Positions 52,368 to 55,853 of a stretch of DNA of 55,853 nucleotides are shown here, piece by piece; positions within the stretch are counted from its first letter, which is position 1, and every line of letters begins with the position of its first letter. A model generated the notes under the pieces. The model saw only the letters and a program-made list of their open reading frames with translations. It searched no databases and was not told the origin of the DNA. Source of the DNA: a bacterium (GTDB taxonomy: Bacteria; Verrucomicrobiota; Kiritimatiellia; CAIKKV01; CAITUY01); assembly GCA_037134355.1 (NCBI GenBank), contig JBAXMJ010000004.1, forward strand, positions 1 through 55,853, read 5' to 3'. The translations under genes and the position numbers were made by a program.

Positions 52368-52756
52368 TCCTGATGGATACCGATGTCTGTGTTGAGTTGC
52401 TGAGGGGGAACAAAAAGGTTCTAGCGCACCGGCAGCAAGCCGTTGGTGACGTGGCGATCACCTTCATGACCATGGGTGAATTGTTTTATGGGGCCGAGCG
52501 CTCAAGTCGGCCTGACCATAACGTGAACCTGATTGAGTGTTTTCTGCTGAGCGTCGACTGCATTCATTCCGATCGAGAGGTCATGATCCGGTTTGGCCGG
52601 TTAAAGGCGGATCTGGTTGGCGGAGGCTTGGTGCTTCCGGATGCCGATCTATTAATTGCCGCCACGGCGTTGGTTCATTGCGAGTATCTTGTGACTGGAA
52701 ATAAAGACCATTTCTCGCGCATTCCCGGCCTCCGGCTGGCAAACTGGATCCGTTAA
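52364..52756 (+). CDS. vapC: PIN-domain toxin VapC
   Basis: ILMDTDVCVELL, GELFYGAE, DADLLIAATA, VTGNKDHF match the PIN acidic quartet pattern. GTG start overlapping the vapB stop. Confidence 0.85.
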   Translation: MILMDTDVCVELLRGNKKVLAHRQQAVGDVAITFMTMGELFYGAERSSRPDHNVNLIECFLLSVDCIHSDREVMIRFGRLKADLVGGGLVLPDADLLIAATALVHCEYLVTGNKDHFSRIPGLRLANWIR

Positions 52757-52775
52757 GGTGAAGCGAAGGAACCCC

Positions 52776-53201
52776 ATGAAAAAAGAAACCGTGAGTCGAT
52801 TCAGTTTATCCATGCCGGCCGGATTGGTTCGTCAATTGGATCAAATGGTGAAGGCCAAGGGGTATGTCAACCGGTCGCAGGCGGTGGCCGACATGGTCAG
52901 CGCGCATCTGGTGGAAGTTCAGGGAGAGGACAGGGAGCGCGAGATCGCGGGAACCATTACCTTGGTGTATGACCATCACAAGCGAAATGTCCAGGCGCTG
53001 TTGACGGATATCCAGCATGACCACCAGGAGGTGATCATTGCGACCCTGCATGTCCATCTCGACCATCACCATTGTATGGAAGTGCTGGCGGTTCGGGGAA
53101 AGGCGGCGGTTGTGCGATTGGTGGCGGATCAACTGATTGCGGCCCGCGGCGTGAAGCATGGCAAGTTAACCGTGACGACGACGGGCGAGGACATCGGATA
53201 A
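52776..53201 (+). CDS. nikR: Nickel-responsive regulator NikR
   Basis: RHH N-terminus RFSLSMPAGLVRQLDQMV..GYVNRSQAVADMV. Metal site ATLHVHLDHHHCMEVLAVRG (recalled E. coli: [20 protein letters not shown]). ATG 52776 follows AAGGAA; alternative GTG 52758 lies 1 nt after the vapC stop. Confidence 0.88.
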   Translation: MKKETVSRFSLSMPAGLVRQLDQMVKAKGYVNRSQAVADMVSAHLVEVQGEDREREIAGTITLVYDHHKRNVQALLTDIQHDHQEVIIATLHVHLDHHHCMEVLAVRGKAAVVRLVADQLIAARGVKHGKLTVTTTGEDIG

Positions 53202-54010
53202 TGCCATCCGGGATGGCACAGTATCGTGAAGTGGGCGAACTGGACGAGTTGGCCCGGATGGATTCGCCGGTGCATCGTCTGGATGCCCGTGCCCAGGCGT
53301 TGACCACAATGGCGTTCATTCTCGCGGTCATGTCATATTCCCGTTATGAGGTGTCGGGCCTGATGCCGTTGTTGATCTATCCGGTGGTCCTGATCGCGGC
53401 GGGAAAACTGCCCGTGGGGGTGCTGTTGCGGAAACTGGCGATGGCGGCTCCGTTTGCCTTGTTTGTCGGGATCTTTAATCCTCTTCTGGATCGTCATGTC
53501 GTGGCCACGGTTGGATCCTGTCCGGTCAGCGGGGGCTGGTTGTCGTTTGCCTCGATCATGATTCGGTTTATTCTGACAGTCAGTGCGGCGCTGATTCTGG
53601 TTTCCTGCACGGGAATTCACCGGCTCTGTGCCGGGTTGGAGCGACTGGGGATGCCGAGGGTGTTTGCCGTGCAGCTCCTGTTTCTGTACCGCTATTTCTT
53701 TGTGATCGGGGATGAGGGCTTGCGGATGCGGCGGAGCGTGGAGATCCGGTCGGCCGGAAGCGCTCTGGGGTTTACAGTTTATGGACACCTGATCGGGAAT
53801 CTTCTGGTGAGGGCGATGGACCGGGCGCAGCGGATCTACCGGGCGATGGTGGCGCGGGGATTTGATGGCGAAATCCGGACGCTGAACCGAATGGCATGGG
53901 GATGGAGAGAAACAGGATTTGTGGTGGGCTGGACGGCGTTTTTTCTGGTAGCGCGGGTTTGGAATCTGGCGGAGCGCCTGGGGGCACAACTGATGGGAAG
54001 CGGATTATGA
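53201..54010 (+). CDS. cbiQ: ECF transporter transmembrane (T) component CbiQ
   Basis: 269 aa, polytopic. VHRLDARAQALTTMAFILAV, RRSVEIRSAG, RIYRAMVARGFDG. TAATG overlap with nikR. Confidence 0.85.
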   Translation: MPSGMAQYREVGELDELARMDSPVHRLDARAQALTTMAFILAVMSYSRYEVSGLMPLLIYPVVLIAAGKLPVGVLLRKLAMAAPFALFVGIFNPLLDRHVVATVGSCPVSGGWLSFASIMIRFILTVSAALILVSCTGIHRLCAGLERLGMPRVFAVQLLFLYRYFFVIGDEGLRMRRSVEIRSAGSALGFTVYGHLIGNLLVRAMDRAQRIYRAMVARGFDGEIRTLNRMAWGWRETGFVVGWTAFFLVARVWNLAERLGAQLMGSGL

Positions 54011-54750
54011 GTCATCATCTTGTAGAGGTTAAAGATCTGGTGTTTACGTATCCTGACGGCACTGAGGCGCTTCGGGGTGTGTCGTTTAGGATCACCCACG
54101 GAGAATGCGTCGCGGTGATAGGAGGGAACGGTGCCGGGAAGTCGACGTTGTTGCAACATTTGAATGGGTATCTGATGCCTCAACGGGGGGATGTGCGGGT
54201 GGGAGATTTTTCACTGACACCCGAAACCGCCGCAGCGGTGCGGCGCTCGGTGGGGATGGTATTTCAGGATTCTGACGACCAACTGTTCATGCCGACAGTT
54301 TTTGAAGACGTTGTGTTTGGACCCCTCCATCTGGGGATGACGGCCGGGGAGGCCGGGAAACGGGCGCAGGACGCCCTGGAACGGGTTGGAATGGCCCATC
54401 TCAGGGATCGGCCTCCCTACAAGCTGTCGGCCGGCGAGAAACGGGCGGTGGCGATTGCCACGGTCCTGTCGGGCGTGCCTGATGTGCTGGTCATGGACGA
54501 GCCGTCCTCGAATCTGGATCCCCGTGGCCGGCGGCGGCTGATGGAGTTACTGCGGTCGTTTGAGCACACGCGGATTATTGCCACTCACGACTTGGAATTG
54601 GTGGTGGAGTTGTGTCCGCGCGTGATTGTCTTGGATGGTGGCCGCGTGATGGCGGACGGGCCGACGGCGATCCTTCTGGGTGACGAGGTTCTGATGCTCA
54701 GGCATGGGCTGGAGAAGCCCCACAGCCTGAGACATCAGCATCCGCACTAA
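54007..54750 (+). CDS. cbiO: ECF transporter ATPase CbiO
   Basis: Walker A GGNGAGKST, signature LSAGEKRAVAIA, Walker B VLVMDEPSSNLD, H-loop ATHD. ATGA overlap with cbiQ. Confidence 0.9.
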   Translation: MSHHLVEVKDLVFTYPDGTEALRGVSFRITHGECVAVIGGNGAGKSTLLQHLNGYLMPQRGDVRVGDFSLTPETAAAVRRSVGMVFQDSDDQLFMPTVFEDVVFGPLHLGMTAGEAGKRAQDALERVGMAHLRDRPPYKLSAGEKRAVAIATVLSGVPDVLVMDEPSSNLDPRGRRRLMELLRSFEHTRIIATHDLELVVELCPRVIVLDGGRVMADGPTAILLGDEVLMLRHGLEKPHSLRHQHPH

Positions 54751-54753
54751 CCC

Positions 54754-55680
54754 TTACTCCGGCATTACCGACATTTTCGCTTCGATCTTGTCGGCGCCCT
54801 CGGTGGCTTCGCAGATCGAGATTTTTTCCTTTACGGTCTTGGCTTTGATTTTGGCCACCTTCTCAACAGAGGTGTCCAGCACTTCGCCCGTATCCGGATC
54901 GCGCGTGACGTCGGTTTTGCCTACGACAAAAGACTGGCCTTCCGACACGCCTTCGCGACTGCCGCGGTTGATGATGACTTTGCCGCTCTTGGAGGAGACC
55001 ACGGTACCTTCCCAGGGGATCTTGTCGAGTTGCTTAACGAGGAATTCAACGGCCTGGGCAACGGCGTCTTCCGTGGCTTTTCCGACGTTATCCTTCTTGA
55101 AACCGTCGAAATCGCCACCCAACCCCCCGAGGGCGGAACCTGAGTAACCGACGCTCAGGCCCTTGCGGCCGGCCTTGCCGACGACCTTGGTGGACGCCTT
55201 GACCTGTGCGGTCTCGGAGTCGATGATGTAGACGGTGGCATTGATTTCGGCGGTATCCTTGCTGCCGCCCAGCCGGATGCCCTTGAAGCTGAAGCCGCCC
55301 TCGCCGCCTGCGGTCGAGCTCTGGACGTGGGTGATTTCACCTTTTACCAGCAACTGAGCAGGGGTCAGGTTCCCGACCTTGGGTGTTTTCTTGCCGCCGG
55401 CGGTGCGACCGGATTCGCCCAGGTTCTGCTCCTGCATGGCCTCGATGCGCATATCCTTCTCACCCAGCACGATGAATTTTTTGGTGCTGTTCAAGGCATC
55501 CGTCATAATGGAGCCCCAGGCATCGCCTAAATCCCACTGGCCGGACCAGCCTGCTTTGTTTTCGAATTTTGTGACGGAGATGGAGTAGCGTAACCCGCCC
55601 TTGGCATCATCGCCCGCGAAAGCCAAGCCTGCCGCCGCCAACACTGAAACCGCTGCTAATGCCATGATTGTCTGCTTCAT
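54754..55680 (-). CDS. CsgG-family (curli-secretion-channel-like) periplasmic/outer-membrane protein with extra C-terminal barrel-like domain
   Basis: Signal peptide MKQTIMALAAVSVLAAAGLAFA with no lipobox Cys. YSISVTKFENKAGW...GDAWGSIMTDALNSTKKFIVLGEKDMRIEAMQEQNLG matches the CsgG N-terminal pattern. AGGAGG Shine-Dalgarno upstream. Confidence 0.65.
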   Translation of the reverse strand: MKQTIMALAAVSVLAAAGLAFAGDDAKGGLRYSISVTKFENKAGWSGQWDLGDAWGSIMTDALNSTKKFIVLGEKDMRIEAMQEQNLGESGRTAGGKKTPKVGNLTPAQLLVKGEITHVQSSTAGGEGGFSFKGIRLGGSKDTAEINATVYIIDSETAQVKASTKVVGKAGRKGLSVGYSGSALGGLGGDFDGFKKDNVGKATEDAVAQAVEFLVKQLDKIPWEGTVVSSKSGKVIINRGSREGVSEGQSFVVGKTDVTRDPDTGEVLDTSVEKVAKIKAKTVKEKISICEATEGADKIEAKMSVMPE

Positions 55681-55707
55681 AAAATATCCTCCTTTAATTT
55701 GCCGAAA

Positions 55708-55737
55708 ACTTTAGGACGAGAGGCGGGGTGGTGTCAA
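55708..55737 (-). promoter_or_regulatory. Sigma70-like promoter for the CsgG-like gene
   Basis: On the minus strand, TTGACA (55737-55732), 18 nt, TAAAGT (55713-55708). A very AT-rich tract at 55746-55800 sits where an UP element would be. Confidence 0.35.
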
Positions 55738-55807
55738 GGGTGGCGAATTTTTGATTTATATTGTGTGTTAAATTATTATTTATATATAATATTTTATAAG
55801 TTGCAGG

Positions 55808-55830
55808 CGTTGGTGTCCCGCCTTTAGGCG
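55808..55830. repeat. Solo copy of the palindromic-element arm
   Basis: CGTTGGTGTCCCGCCTTTAGGCG versus CGTTGGTGTACCGCCTTCAGGCG at 51959-51981, which is 20 of 23 identical by hand. Confidence 0.55.
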
Positions 55831-55853
55831 AATGGCGCGTAGTTAGTCTGTAA

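Overview
GC-rich bacterial chromosomal window (high-50s % GC by eye, not computed), with nearly all genes on the + strand. (1) 256-31723 is one uninterrupted translation/transcription supercluster: tRNA-Thr, tuf, rpmG, tRNA-Trp, secE, nusG, rplKAJL, rpoBC, rpsL-rpsG-fusA, the S10 operon, the spc operon (with secY, adk, map, rpmJ) and the alpha operon (rpsM-rpsK-rpsD-rpoA-rplQ). It is closed by a textbook intrinsic terminator. Oddities: a 164-aa secreted coiled-coil ORF inserted between rpsS and rplV, an EF-Tu whose switch I lacks RGITI, and no rpmD, no infA and no tuf after fusA. (2) 31810-33326 holds an orphan NusG paralogue convergent with an HDAC-family deacetylase. (3) 33523-47873 is a tightly packed + strand string: PPi-type PFK, HAD hydrolase, gnd, a LarA-like (nickel-pincer type) candidate epimerase, uxaC, SDR, speA, rlmN-like, aroA, cmk, eda, ATP-type PFK. 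(4) 48207-55680 is an envelope/metal block: CE4 deacetylase, a beta-barrel OMP plus CbiM-PDGLE operon behind a NikR-operator-like palindrome, a composite palindromic repeat, vapBC packed against nikR-cbiQ-cbiO, and a convergent CsgG-family protein. I saw no rRNA, CRISPR array, transposase or integrase. Taxon guess only: a Gram-negative lineage, possibly the PVC superphylum; this cannot be verified here. My best candidates for something undescribed are the S10-operon insert and the LarA-like hexuronate cluster with its nearby nickel-uptake locus. All family calls come from reading motifs by eye, with no database search.
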